From a virus (Duplodnaviria > Caudoviricetes), in IMG/VR virus record IMGVR_UViG_3300020131_000006, positions 1 through 52,496 of that record: DNA of 52,496 bases; one strand, 5' to 3'. Made by a program: the position numbers and the translations under genes. Shown piece after piece: positions 38,327-47,657 of the stretch; within the stretch, counting starts at the first letter, position 1; every line of letters begins with the position of its first letter. The notes beneath the pieces are model-generated. The model was given only the letters and a program-made list of their open reading frames with translations. It ran no database searches and was not told the origin of the DNA.

Positions 38327-38524
38327 ATGGCTAAGTACTACACTCTATTAACGAAGGATGCTAAAGGCGATGACTGGTCTATCCAGTTCGGAGACTATGA
38401 CCGCGAAGTGGTTGAAGATGAAAAGGTTGATAGCTATTCGGATTGCTATACTAAGATCATATGCACTCATGCTGACCAACAATCTATTAATGATGCAGTA
38501 GCAAATCTCAACAAGAAAGGATAA
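38327..38524 (+). CDS. early hypothetical protein
   Basis: AAGG RBS; YYTLL...W..QFGDYDRE.V.DE..D. Confidence 0.7.
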   Translation: MAKYYTLLTKDAKGDDWSIQFGDYDREVVEDEKVDSYSDCYTKIICTHADQQSINDAVANLNKKG

Positions 38525-38528
38525 GACA

Positions 38529-38669
38529 ATGAACGCATTACTCTATGCTGTTGTTCTGTTCGTTATGTTCTATGCAGCTCTATGTTCTGCATACACTAAT
38601 GATATATTAGCTACTCTAGTATGTATCAGTGGTATGGCTATTATGTCTTTCTGTTGGTGGCTTGAATAA
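38529..38669 (+). CDS. small membrane protein (46 aa)
   Basis: AAGGA RBS; MNALLYAVVLFVMFYAALCS... Confidence 0.5.
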   Translation: MNALLYAVVLFVMFYAALCSAYTNDILATLVCISGMAIMSFCWWLE

Positions 38670-38813
38670 GCTAAAGGGCCGGATAATTACCGGCTCTTAT
38701 ATCAGTGCCTTGTCCATTACAGGGTATTGATATAAGGATTGACTGTGTTATACTCATGATGTGGGCGTGCGTGTTTTTAAAGGTATGCCCCATTTGTTGT
38801 GTAAATACAACAC

Positions 38814-38829
38814 ATTACAAGGTTGTAAC
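38814..38829. repeat. 16-bp palindromic motif, copy 5
   Basis: ATTACAAGGTTGTAAC. Confidence 0.8.
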
Positions 38830-39016
38830 AGGTAGCTGAAAAAAAGCTTGTATTGTTCGGAACTATCCTGTAATGTGTCAGTCATAGCAGTACAACCTCT
38901 GAATATGCGGGGCGCATGTTCCAACCGAAAGGTTGATTAACAAACTGATGATATATGTGTTTATGTAGGGTGCCTACATTCAATCGTTTTTTATTTATTG
39001 AATGGAGATTAACATC

Positions 39017-39772
39017 ATGGCAAGAAACCAAACACAACCTAAAGGCATGACTAAGGCTGAACTGGAAAAACTCGGCGCATCAATAGCCCACGATTTTATT
39101 AAGGCTATCGTAACGGCTGAAGCTACTCAAAAGGATATTATCCTTAAGGCAGCAGAAGCACACGCCAAGAATCCAGAGCATGTAGTAGCGATTCTCACAG
39201 GCTATGAAAATGGTCTAAAGAGTGAGGGCGTTAGCGATTCTATTGTCCGTGTCCGTAAGGCTGAATTTAAAGCCGTATTCGATGCTGTAGCGAAAACCGA
39301 AGCTTCTGAATTCAATCTCAAGACACTGCGCAATGTGAAGGGCTATCATAACCTTATCGCTAAGGCTAGAGAATTACGTGGTAACAAGACACGTGCTAGC
39401 TCTGAAAAGCCTCGCAAGGCCGCAGAAAAGTTAACAGATAAACAGTACGAGAAGCTTGAGGAAACAGTTTCAAAGGCTTCAGTTTCTCAGTTGATGGATT
39501 TTGCGGATACTGCCATTAATAAGGTACATAAGGACGCACCAGCGGAACTAGCTGGCTATCAATCACTGTTACTGATACAAATGGCAGCCGGGCAAGTCTT
39601 GAAGAATGAGAAGGTAGAAGATTTTTTCAAGAAAACCGCCGAAGCCGTTCTAAAGATTGTCGAGCCTGCAATTTCACAAGCTCAAGAGGCAATGAAGAAA
39701 ACGGCGGAAATGAAAGAGCAAAGCAAAAATTCGTCCCAAGTAGTAACGCACGAAAAGGAAAAGGTAGCGTAA
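39017..39772 (+). CDS. early Ala/Lys-rich helical protein of unknown function
   Basis: GGAG RBS, ATG 39017, 251 aa. Confidence 0.8.
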   Translation: MARNQTQPKGMTKAELEKLGASIAHDFIKAIVTAEATQKDIILKAAEAHAKNPEHVVAILTGYENGLKSEGVSDSIVRVRKAEFKAVFDAVAKTEASEFNLKTLRNVKGYHNLIAKARELRGNKTRASSEKPRKAAEKLTDKQYEKLEETVSKASVSQLMDFADTAINKVHKDAPAELAGYQSLLLIQMAAGQVLKNEKVEDFFKKTAEAVLKIVEPAISQAQEAMKKTAEMKEQSKNSSQVVTHEKEKVA

Positions 39773-39850
39773 TAATTACCTGCCTACATAAACATGTAGG
39801 CATCCTAAATAAGCGCATATATCATCTGAACTCTAACCAAAGGGGCTATT

Positions 39851-40003
39851 ATGTCTTTACTTTCGCAAAGGTTAATAAGTAATAAAAATGCGTTATGTAG
39901 GCTTAGAACAAGTTCATATGCGACACGGCTCGGACTTAGTTATTACGAGACAAAATGTCGTGTCATCGCTACTTTTTTGATATGGGGCAAATATCACGCA
40001 TAG
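39851..40003 (+). CDS. hypothetical protein (50 aa)
   Basis: AAGGGG RBS then ATG. Confidence 0.35.
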   Translation: MSLLSQRLISNKNALCRLRTSSYATRLGLSYYETKCRVIATFLIWGKYHA

Positions 40004-40213
40004 GCCCATATAAGGGAACTTATGCTCATATTAGGGAACTAAGGTATTCATTCACAAAATTTCATCAATAAGGGGCCAATTATGAAGCGTTAATTATCTT
40101 TTTAACTATATAAGAATCACAGAAGCTTTTTAACTGGTGTATGATCGGAAAGGCCGGATTAATTTTCGGCCTTTCTTTATATAAGAGCATTGTCAAGTGT
40201 TTTTATATAAAGA

Positions 40214-40229
40214 GTTACAAGGTTGTAAC
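40214..40229. repeat. 16-bp palindromic motif, copy 6
   Basis: GTTACAAGGTTGTAAC just before the RBS of 40246. Confidence 0.85.
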
Positions 40230-40245
40230 CTAAGGGAGAAAAAGA

Positions 40246-40437
40246 ATGCTATATATTACTGTGTTGTTTAATTTTCCGCATGAGGCACAAGAGCATATCT
40301 ATGCGAAAGAAGATTCTGCCTTAGTTATAGACTTCATGCGCGAGATAGCCGAAGATAAACTCGCTTTGGGTGCTTCTGGCGTATCTTTTCAGGATATGTC
40401 TACAGAGAGGCCGGAGAATTATGGCAACGGCTTCTAA
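40246..40437 (+). CDS. early hypothetical protein
   Basis: AAGGGAG RBS; 63 aa. Confidence 0.6.
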   Translation: MLYITVLFNFPHEAQEHIYAKEDSALVIDFMREIAEDKLALGASGVSFQDMSTERPENYGNGF

Positions 40438-40606
40438 CCCTAAATTGTCAAGACAAGAATTTACATTAGGTTTTATATTCTATTGTTTAGAACATAAAGT
40501 CTTTTTTGATGAATGGAGTATTACAGTTGCATGGGTTGATTATGATAAATATCCCGAAAGATATAATCATATAATTCCCCATGTGCCAGTTTGGGCAAAT
40601 CCATAA
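40421..40606 (+). CDS. early hypothetical protein
   Basis: GGAG RBS, ATG 40421. Confidence 0.55.
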   Translation: MATASNPKLSRQEFTLGFIFYCLEHKVFFDEWSITVAWVDYDKYPERYNHIIPHVPVWANP

Positions 40607-40687
40607 CTCATTGAAATATAAGGGAACTTTCTCTCATATATGTGTTCTAATGTATATGACGGACAGATTCGGGCAATAAATTGTAAA

Positions 40688-40703
40688 GTTACAAGGTTGT
40701 AAC
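40688..40703. repeat. 16-bp palindromic motif, copy 7
   Basis: GTTACAAGGTTGTAAC. Confidence 0.85.
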
Positions 40704-40844
40704 ATTAACTGAGAGGGGCAGTAATGAAACTATCAAGTAATAACGACGGTGTTTTGATTGTGCTTTTAGTTACAGTAGTTGAGAAAACAATAGTCTGGAT
40801 AATTGTCCTACACTTTGCTGCTAAGTATTGGTAAAGGGGCAATC

Positions 40845-41066
40845 ATGAACATAAGATTAATAATAATTCGTGTTTTAATTGTTCTTGTGTCTGTCCTATT
40901 AGTAGTATTCTGCGTATTCCTGTATGAGTACGGAATACAAAAGGAAAATGCACGATGGGTTAAGAATTGCACATATGGACAACGCATGGTGAATTATGAA
41001 CAAGGCTTTGCTAATGTATACAATTGTAAACTTATCGCCATTGACGAACTGAAGGTGATTGAATGA
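40845..41066 (+). CDS. early membrane-anchored protein
   Basis: AAGGGG RBS; N-terminal TM helix. Confidence 0.6.
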   Translation: MNIRLIIIRVLIVLVSVLLVVFCVFLYEYGIQKENARWVKNCTYGQRMVNYEQGFANVYNCKLIAIDELKVIE

Positions 41067-41248
41067 TTCCTATAGATAAGCCCTATGAGGAACAAACCTT
41101 AATAGAGCGATTGCGGAATCGTGCTTTAATTCGTCGTAATGTTCGGGCAAAAGATGATAGAATTGCTGAACTTCTAGAAGAGGCCGCAAGAGTTATTGAA
41201 GCTCAAGAAAATGAACTTATGGAATTAAAAAGAATCCTTGCAAGGTAG
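41063..41248 (+). CDS. early hypothetical protein
   Basis: LIERLR.RA.IRR...DRIAELLEEAA..IE motif; ATGA coupling. Confidence 0.7.
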   Translation: MIPIDKPYEEQTLIERLRNRALIRRNVRAKDDRIAELLEEAARVIEAQENELMELKRILAR

Positions 41249-41606
41249 TTAGATGCTTTCCCCTTAGTATCTAGCCTGTAGCCCGCCAGTAGTTGCAGAA
41301 ATAGAGCAACGAATTGTGTGGGCTATGGAGTAGATATTTGATGATGCAATAAAAAAAGTAGTTGGATAGTATCCGAGCAAACATTCATTCGAATGAACTC
41401 GGCGTGTTGTTTACTATTAGGGGCAATAAAAAATGAATCAAAAATCACAATCAAAAACTAGCGGCACCCAAACTCTCCACAGCCATTTCTGGCGTTCTTC
41501 CTCGTAAGTACTCACAAGTAAATCCAAAGTAACAAACCCAAACTCGCTTTATTTTGTCCTTTTATTTGGGCAGAAATAAGCAACTAAAATAAGAAGGGGA
41601 TTTATT

Positions 41607-41789
41607 GTGATTAAATACGCTTGCCTTTTCATTGTAGTATTTTGTGCCGTTAGCACGATGCTACTATCCAATGCCGCATTATTCATGCGCGTTCATCAAC
41701 CACCGAAACCGCAACTAAGTTACAAGGTTGTAACATTAGATTGTTTTGACCATTACCACAAACAGAAAGTGAAATTACGCTGCATCTAA
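41607..41789 (+). CDS. possible membrane protein
   Basis: GTG start after AAGGGG; hydrophobic N-terminus; contains palindrome copy 8. Confidence 0.4.
   Translation: MIKYACLFIVVFCAVSTMLLSNAALFMRVHQPPKPQLSYKVVTLDCFDHYHKQKVKLRCI
41719..41734. repeat. 16-bp palindromic motif, copy 8
   Basis: GTTACAAGGTTGTAAC. Confidence 0.85.
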
Positions 41790-41837
41790 ACTAAGATGCC
41801 AGCGTTTTTTTACGTCCATATAATGTAGGAGAATATA

Positions 41838-41999
41838 ATGCCAAAAACCCCAAACAAATACCGCGCTGTTGTAGTTCATCCAAACGGCAAATCTAGTATG
41901 AGTAGTTGGTTTAAGTATGATTTAGATTTAAGCACGATGATGTACGAGTGCCTTGTTTCTATGGGCTGTTACGAAGAAGTAAGAATGGAGTTTGAATAA
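41838..41999 (+). CDS. hypothetical protein (53 aa)
   Basis: AGGAGA RBS; MPKTPNKYRAVVVHPNGK... Confidence 0.6.
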   Translation: MPKTPNKYRAVVVHPNGKSSMSSWFKYDLDLSTMMYECLVSMGCYEEVRMEFE

Positions 42000-42002
42000 T
42001 AG

Positions 42003-42018
42003 GTTACAAGCTTGTAAC
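42003..42018. repeat. 16-bp palindromic motif, copy 9
   Basis: Perfect GTTACAAGCTTGTAAC after TAA TAG. Confidence 0.85.
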
Positions 42019-42040
42019 ATTTTTTTATAGGAGAAATAAA

Positions 42041-42511
42041 ATGAAAATGACTAAATGCTTTATCGGTGTAGCTTTGATGTTAACATCACTTTCAGTATGG
42101 GCTGTATCAAGTGAGCCTCCTCCTGAACAAACTGCATTACAACAAGTTGGAGTAAATGATGCAATCCAAACACAACTTGCTGAGTTAATTAAGAAGTCTA
42201 TTAATGCAGCAGAAAAAACAGGTGAGTTCTTACAGAAGGAACTTCCGGATGTTATCAAGCAATTTCTACTATGGAAATTTTGGGAGGCTCTAGCCATTGG
42301 AGTATTCGGCCTACTAGTATTTCTTCCAATTTCTCTATGGGTGATATATAAGGATTACCGTTCTTGGGATGTTGGTGCTGGAATTGCTTTTGGCAGTATC
42401 TCCGCTGTAACAGCTCTCTTGGTCGGGTTTTGTGCATTGTTGGAAGCCCTTAAAATCCATATTGCACCTAAAGTATATCTGCTCGAATGGGCAGCAACTC
42501 AAGTGAGGTAA
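42041..42511 (+). CDS. membrane protein
   Basis: FL..ELPDVI.Q.L.W, two TM helices, LKI.IAPKVYLLE motif. Confidence 0.75.
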   Translation: MKMTKCFIGVALMLTSLSVWAVSSEPPPEQTALQQVGVNDAIQTQLAELIKKSINAAEKTGEFLQKELPDVIKQFLLWKFWEALAIGVFGLLVFLPISLWVIYKDYRSWDVGAGIAFGSISAVTALLVGFCALLEALKIHIAPKVYLLEWAATQVR

Positions 42512-42513
42512 GT

Positions 42514-42723
42514 ATGACTTTATTCTTATTTGTTCTTTGTTCATTTCTTTTCTTGATGTTGTGTTCTGTCTCTTTGTATTTCTATGCACGTGGGTTCTGT
42601 GATGGGACTTTGTGTAGGGACAGGGCGCGTTGCGCTCTTACGGCTGGCTTGTGCGGAACCATCCTTGCTTTGTTGTGGGGTTGTCTTGCCGTTGACCAAT
42701 ATCTAATCCTTTTGAAAGGCTGA
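42514..42723 (+). CDS. small Cys-rich membrane protein
   Basis: GAGG RBS; two hydrophobic segments. Confidence 0.5.
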   Translation: MTLFLFVLCSFLFLMLCSVSLYFYARGFCDGTLCRDRARCALTAGLCGTILALLWGCLAVDQYLILLKG

Positions 42724-42724
42724 T

Positions 42725-43126
42725 ATGAGTATCAAACTAGATGGTAAAGAAGTAAAGGTTGGGGATAGGCTGTTTAGCCTTAATCATGGATGGGGAAGAG
42801 TATCTTCGACGAGTTATTCAAGGGTTTATCCAATCTTGTTTGTCCCTGATTTTGGAGCACCAGTAGCATGTACTTTGGAAGGAAAGATTAATAAAGTACA
42901 CACCAAACGCGCTTTGTTTTGGGATGAGATTGCTATTACTCCACCAGCACCACCCAAAAAGAAAGTGAAGAAGTATAAGGTATTGGTACAGACTGACAGG
43001 GGTGGGTTCTGCGTTTCCGTAGATTATTATAAAACTATGGAAGACTATGACTTACAATTCTCAATGGCTGGACTCAAGGCTATCTACCTTATCCCCGAAT
43101 CTATGAAAGAAGTGGAGGAAGTATAA
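42725..43126 (+). CDS. hypothetical protein
   Basis: VKVGD.....GWG.V....YPI...LFWDEI....PP.P SH3-like pattern. Confidence 0.7.
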   Translation: MSIKLDGKEVKVGDRLFSLNHGWGRVSSTSYSRVYPILFVPDFGAPVACTLEGKINKVHTKRALFWDEIAITPPAPPKKKVKKYKVLVQTDRGGFCVSVDYYKTMEDYDLQFSMAGLKAIYLIPESMKEVEEV

Positions 43127-43449
43127 TGCCTACACCACGGAAACATGCAAAAGAAATTAAAGCTTGGGCTGATGGTACTAAGATTCAATTTAGAATTCCA
43201 AAAGCAGGAAGATTGGACAATCAGTGGGAAGATATTCCAGAAGGTGAGAATCCTTTGTGGTGTGATTCCTTGGAGTATCGAGTCAAGCCTGAGCCGAAAC
43301 CTGACATTATAATAGAGGAACATGTATTGCTACACGGGGGAGTTGGATGTTGGGGAAGTAAAACCCATTATCCAGCTAATGCCCGTTTCATCTTTGATGG
43401 TGAGACTAACCAACTAAAGGATGTTCAACTAATCAAGGAGAAATCATGA
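43126..43449 (+). CDS. hypothetical protein
   Basis: PRKHA..IKAWADG..IQ...P.W....EYRVKP common phage motif. Confidence 0.75.
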   Translation: MPTPRKHAKEIKAWADGTKIQFRIPKAGRLDNQWEDIPEGENPLWCDSLEYRVKPEPKPDIIIEEHVLLHGGVGCWGSKTHYPANARFIFDGETNQLKDVQLIKEKS

Positions 43450-43691
43450 AAATTAAAGGTGTTGTGCCAGCAAGTAAGAACGGTGATGAACTTTCCTTTG
43501 AAGAGATTCAAGAAGAAGAGGGAGTTTATTCTGTAGTAGGGTATGAGACAATACGGATGGTAGTTATCAAACATGATATTTATATCTGTGTATTGTATGT
43601 CAATCAGTTCACATTGGCCCCTGCCGACAGAGCATGGATGGGTAAGAAATTCCTCAAAACTGCTGAGAAAGTAGAACTCACCATAACCTAA
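43446..43691 (+). CDS. hypothetical protein
   Basis: AAGGAG RBS; ATGA overlap. Confidence 0.65.
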   Translation: MKIKGVVPASKNGDELSFEEIQEEEGVYSVVGYETIRMVVIKHDIYICVLYVNQFTLAPADRAWMGKKFLKTAEKVELTIT

Positions 43692-43692
43692 C

Positions 43693-43708
43693 GTTACAAG
43701 GTTGTAAC
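43693..43708. repeat. 16-bp palindromic motif, copy 10
   Basis: GTTACAAGGTTGTAAC fills the gap between a stop and the next ATG. Confidence 0.85.
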
Positions 43709-43709
43709 A

Positions 43710-44027
43710 ATGACAAACCAAATAGCTGCATTATTAACAGATGCGTTGGAGAAGAAAATGGCTGCGGAAGCTAAGCTGTTTGAAGATAAGGCGATGGAAG
43801 CCTTCTCAATTTTAGGGGAAACGCCAGAGTGGGAAGAGTGGATTTATAAATGGCGTAACCAACTTCAGGGTAAGATAAATTCCCTGCGTTGGATTCCAAG
43901 TAAAGAGGGAACAACAGAAGTATTTGATGTAAAGTTTCCAGATAACACAGCTATCAGAGTTTCCCGTTTTATTAGGAAAACAGATAAGACTGTCCATACG
44001 AAAATAGCTAGAGTGAAAGGGGAATAA
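43710..44027 (+). CDS. hypothetical protein
   Basis: 105-aa ORF; start may be the downstream ATG after GGAG. Confidence 0.6.
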   Translation: MTNQIAALLTDALEKKMAAEAKLFEDKAMEAFSILGETPEWEEWIYKWRNQLQGKINSLRWIPSKEGTTEVFDVKFPDNTAIRVSRFIRKTDKTVHTKIARVKGE

Positions 44028-44029
44028 GT

Positions 44030-45469
44030 ATGTGTGGCCTACTCGCATTCCACACAGCGGATAAGATAGGGTTTCAATCAGCGGATAGGGATAGCTTTCG
44101 ACAGATGCTGATTCTTACCTCATTACGTGGGAACCATTCAACAGGTGTGGCTGGTATCTCAAAGAATGTAGATAAGAATGATGTAAGTATTGTGAAAACT
44201 ACAGGCAGTCCCTATGCTTTGTTTGCATATACCAAGACAGATGAGTTCCTGACTCGCATGTTTAATGAGTTCGGTACGGTCATCGGGCATTGCCGCTATG
44301 CCACGCGCGGTGAGATTACAGCAGTAAACGCGCATCCTTTTGAAGAGGAACATATCACACTGGCACATAACGGAGTGATTAATAACTATCACCAACTGCG
44401 GGATTACAAGCGACATTCTGACATTACTGTGGACTCTCACTTAATTGCTCGTATGTTTGCTGAGGAACATCCACTTGACATTCTGCCAAAGGTAGAAGGT
44501 GCTTATGTCTTTATGTGGATTAATTCTGAAGAGGGTAGCTTTAACATTGCTCGTAACTTAGAACGTCCATTGTTCGTATCTCAGAAGGAGCATCAAGCTA
44601 CACTTGCCTTTGCATCGGAAGCACAAACCCTGTCATGGAACTCTTCCCGTAATAATATGAAATGTTCTGAGCCGACAGAGATTAAACCTTTCCATATCTA
44701 TACATACCCACGTGGTTCCATTGAGCCAGTGATTACGGAGTACAAGCCAGAACCAAAAAAAGTTATTATCTACCCGAATCAAGGTGGGCATGAAAGACAA
44801 CACCATAAAAATAATGATAACTTCTCTAAGGTAACACCCATAGATAAAAAGGTTCAGAAGAAGGGAAGTCCTCACGAAGCAGACGAGACTGACATTCTTA
44901 CCTTGAACACGGCATTGGATGTGACTCTGGAAGTAAATCAAGTTGTCAATATTTGGGTAGATGATTATGAGGACATGGATGGTTACACCGTCATCCGTTG
45001 TTATAGTGATGAATACCCGAATGTGGAGTTCTATATCAATACAACTCCAGAAAAAGCAATAGAAATTCTAGATGCTGATTCTCTCCGCGGTAATGTGAAT
45101 GGTATCCACCTAGTACCATCTGAGAAAACAGATAAGGGACTTCGTTGGAGAGCATATGTATCTAACTTTGTGTTTGTCTATGAGCCTAGTGAGCAAAAGA
45201 CAGAGTTTGGGCCAGTAGAGGAACCTAAGAAAACCAAAGTAACTTACAAGTACTCTCGTCGTAAGATGGGAGATATGCTTAAGATAGTTGAGTATCCTTC
45301 TGGAGAACTTATTAAAGTATCCAGACGTACATTCTTGACTTGGTGTGAGAAAGGTTGCTCTTGGTGTCAATCAGAGATAACCCAAGCTGAAGCTGATAAT
45401 TATCAGAAGCTCTTTCTTATGGATGATGAGGTTATTTGTCGTAGTTGTTCTGATACTGTTCGTAATTAA
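44030..45469 (+). CDS. class II (Ntn) glutamine amidotransferase with long C-terminal extension
   Basis: MCGL N-terminal Cys, RG.HSTG, GHCRYATRG, NAHPF, HNGVI, VDS, ERPL, FASE; C-terminal CSWC..CRSC. Confidence 0.85.
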   Translation: MCGLLAFHTADKIGFQSADRDSFRQMLILTSLRGNHSTGVAGISKNVDKNDVSIVKTTGSPYALFAYTKTDEFLTRMFNEFGTVIGHCRYATRGEITAVNAHPFEEEHITLAHNGVINNYHQLRDYKRHSDITVDSHLIARMFAEEHPLDILPKVEGAYVFMWINSEEGSFNIARNLERPLFVSQKEHQATLAFASEAQTLSWNSSRNNMKCSEPTEIKPFHIYTYPRGSIEPVITEYKPEPKKVIIYPNQGGHERQHHKNNDNFSKVTPIDKKVQKKGSPHEADETDILTLNTALDVTLEVNQVVNIWVDDYEDMDGYTVIRCYSDEYPNVEFYINTTPEKAIEILDADSLRGNVNGIHLVPSEKTDKGLRWRAYVSNFVFVYEPSEQKTEFGPVEEPKKTKVTYKYSRRKMGDMLKIVEYPSGELIKVSRRTFLTWCEKGCSWCQSEITQAEADNYQKLFLMDDEVICRSCSDTVRN

Positions 45470-45480
45470 TGGAGGACTAA

Positions 45481-45714
45481 ATGCAAAGAGGGGGTAATTC
45501 AGTATGTGATGATTGTATTAATGATATGGGAACACACTGTCGCCTACATCATGCACATCATCCAAAAATATTGGGATGCTATGACCATAAGGCAGCTCTT
45601 CCAGCTCCTGTAATCCAGCATCCACCTATTAACCAACAAAGCAAGAAACAGATTGAGTTTATTGTTACTGACCCAGAGACTAAGAAGGTAATTAAATATG
45701 CCAAACTTCCATGA
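45481..45714 (+). CDS. small Cys/His-rich protein
   Basis: GGAGG RBS; CDDC...C..HH.H...C. Confidence 0.6.
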   Translation: MQRGGNSVCDDCINDMGTHCRLHHAHHPKILGCYDHKAALPAPVIQHPPINQQSKKQIEFIVTDPETKKVIKYAKLP

Positions 45715-46537
45715 GACACCTCCAACTATTCCAGTCTTTCAAAACCGGGATAGAGTTATTTATCAAGGTCTATCCTCTACTGAGGAAATAGTGTACTCCA
45801 CTACTCATATTTGTTTTGGGTTGTTTGGCTCACACCATTTCAGAAAGGAGTTCTTAGAAGTTCCAGACCTTACTTATTTTCAAACATGGTTTGGTGACTC
45901 TTTATCTCTTGTTCTCAAAGAAGAGGGATGGGCTGAGAAATTCATAGATGCCTTGAAAACAACAGGACTTCTTGAAAATGTAGACCTAAAAGTACTTGAC
46001 AAAAAAGATATTACTAAGAAGGAATCTGAAGCTTTTTCGTATGTTGCTTCTGCTGATAAAGCATTACGCATGGTTCGATTGAGGTTCGACCTTAATAAAG
46101 TATCTTCTCCGGAAATGTTTCTGATTATCTGTACCATTAGAACTCTTGCTATAAATCCGGGGGTAATTTATGACAGCCTTCTGTTGTGGGAGAAACATCC
46201 AGATGTATCTTATTGGAATTGTCTTATAGCAGCCCATGGTATAAATATGGGGACATATCGCTCACACCATCCGCTCCACGGCCTATGCTCAAGTAAAGTT
46301 GGGTATGTTTTAAGCACAGTTGAGGAAATTCTAGAAGTACTAAAGCGTGAGCGAAAAGTACTAGCAATCAAAGATATGCAATATACCCGTGTTATATGGG
46401 ATACTGTAATTCATGCGGATTTTAGGTATGGCCCTATACCGGCTTACTCTGAAGAACTATTTAATTCTTATATGGGGGAAAAACAATTCAAAGAATATGT
46501 AAAAGCTCATCCAAAAACAAACAGACCAGCATGGTAA
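45698..46537 (+). CDS. hypothetical protein in the ligase cluster
   Basis: 279-aa ORF; no motif recognised. Confidence 0.7.
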   Translation: MPNFHETPPTIPVFQNRDRVIYQGLSSTEEIVYSTTHICFGLFGSHHFRKEFLEVPDLTYFQTWFGDSLSLVLKEEGWAEKFIDALKTTGLLENVDLKVLDKKDITKKESEAFSYVASADKALRMVRLRFDLNKVSSPEMFLIICTIRTLAINPGVIYDSLLLWEKHPDVSYWNCLIAAHGINMGTYRSHHPLHGLCSSKVGYVLSTVEEILEVLKRERKVLAIKDMQYTRVIWDTVIHADFRYGPIPAYSEELFNSYMGEKQFKEYVKAHPKTNRPAW

Positions 46538-46552
46538 TTTAAGGAGAAACAA

Positions 46553-47206
46553 ATGGCACGTTTAGTAGCAATCGGTAATTTCTTTGGGGCACATGCTCCG
46601 TTTCAAGACTTATTCAAAGAGGTAGTTGTCATGTCGTTGGGTAAGTATGCAACCTTTGAATTGAAAGATGATGATGTTGTATTGTTTGGCGGTGGTGCTG
46701 ACATTAGCCCATCAATCTATAACCAAGTTCCAAGCAGACATACAGGCGCACGTGCCGAGCTGTCTGATAGGGATGAAGTAGAAGTGTATATGTTTAATGC
46801 AGCTAAGAAGAAGAACCTTCCGATGCTTGGTATCTGTCGTGGTGCACAATTAGTATGTGCTTTATCCGGTGGTTCCTTGATTCAGCATGTGTCTAATCAT
46901 GCAGGGCCGAATCATAAGATTGCTACCAATGAGGGTACGGTCATTGATGTGTGTTCTGTGCATCATCAAATGATGAACCCATTCTCAACTAAGCATGAGC
47001 TTATTGCGTGGGCGCATCGACGGCTATCCCCACATTACATTGTTGCAAATGAACTTGAAGTTGAAATGAAGGTAGAACCTGAAGTAGTTTATTTTCCTGA
47101 GACGAAAGCTTTGGGTATCCAATACCATCCTGAGTTTATGCACCCTGACGACCAAGGCGTTATCTACGCTCGTGAGTTGGTTGCTAAATATCTTCTGAAG
47201 GAGTAA
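46553..47206 (+). CDS. class I glutamine amidotransferase / peptidase C26 (gamma-glutamyl hydrolase-like)
   Basis: GGGADISP, RD..E, LGICRGAQ, SVHHQ, GIQYHPE catalytic triad. Confidence 0.9.
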   Translation: MARLVAIGNFFGAHAPFQDLFKEVVVMSLGKYATFELKDDDVVLFGGGADISPSIYNQVPSRHTGARAELSDRDEVEVYMFNAAKKKNLPMLGICRGAQLVCALSGGSLIQHVSNHAGPNHKIATNEGTVIDVCSVHHQMMNPFSTKHELIAWAHRRLSPHYIVANELEVEMKVEPEVVYFPETKALGIQYHPEFMHPDDQGVIYARELVAKYLLKE

Positions 47207-47210
47207 GACC

Positions 47211-47657
47211 ATGTTTTTTGATGATATGACTACAGCACGCTATAAGAAACTTATAGCTAATCTGTCTAAAGAAATTAAAAAAGAGGTTAAGGTATATTTT
47301 CCTCTAATGGATGGTGATGGTTATGATGAGAATGATTCGGCACTAGTTCAGATTTCTGTTGAGGGACAAGCACGAAAATTTAGTGCTTATTTTGACGGGT
47401 ATCCAAGTAATTGCGGCATAGCTATTCTTAATAATATGGCACTGACTTCTGATAAAGCTCAGAACAAAGCTTTTCTAAAATTCCTTCTTGACTTGGCTGA
47501 GTCTGCTAATTATACGCAAGTTCATTATACAGCAACAGACCATCAAATTGGGATTCGTGATTTACTCGACGAGTGTGGCTTTGTAGAGATAGAGGCTCTC
47601 CGTTTTGAAAATAAACGAACTGGCAGTCTGCTGTTCTATTACTCAATGGAGATATAG
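47211..47657 (+). CDS. hypothetical protein, possible GNAT fold (paralog 1)
   Basis: YPSNCGI, YTQVHYT, L.ECGFVE...F.N.RTG. Confidence 0.6.
   Translation: MFFDDMTTARYKKLIANLSKEIKKEVKVYFPLMDGDGYDENDSALVQISVEGQARKFSAYFDGYPSNCGIAILNNMALTSDKAQNKAFLKFLLDLAESANYTQVHYTATDHQIGIRDLLDECGFVEIEALRFENKRTGSLLFYYSMEI

Noticed and set aside
40214-40229. Palindrome as a CsrA/RsmA site (resembles ACAxGGAUGU)
   Set aside because: The essential GGA is absent; the centres read AGGT, AGCT or ACCT.
38181-43708. Palindrome copies as a CRISPR array or integron attC sites
   Set aside because: Spacing is irregular (hundreds to thousands of bp), the unit is only 16 bp, and there is no cas or integrase gene or attC architecture.
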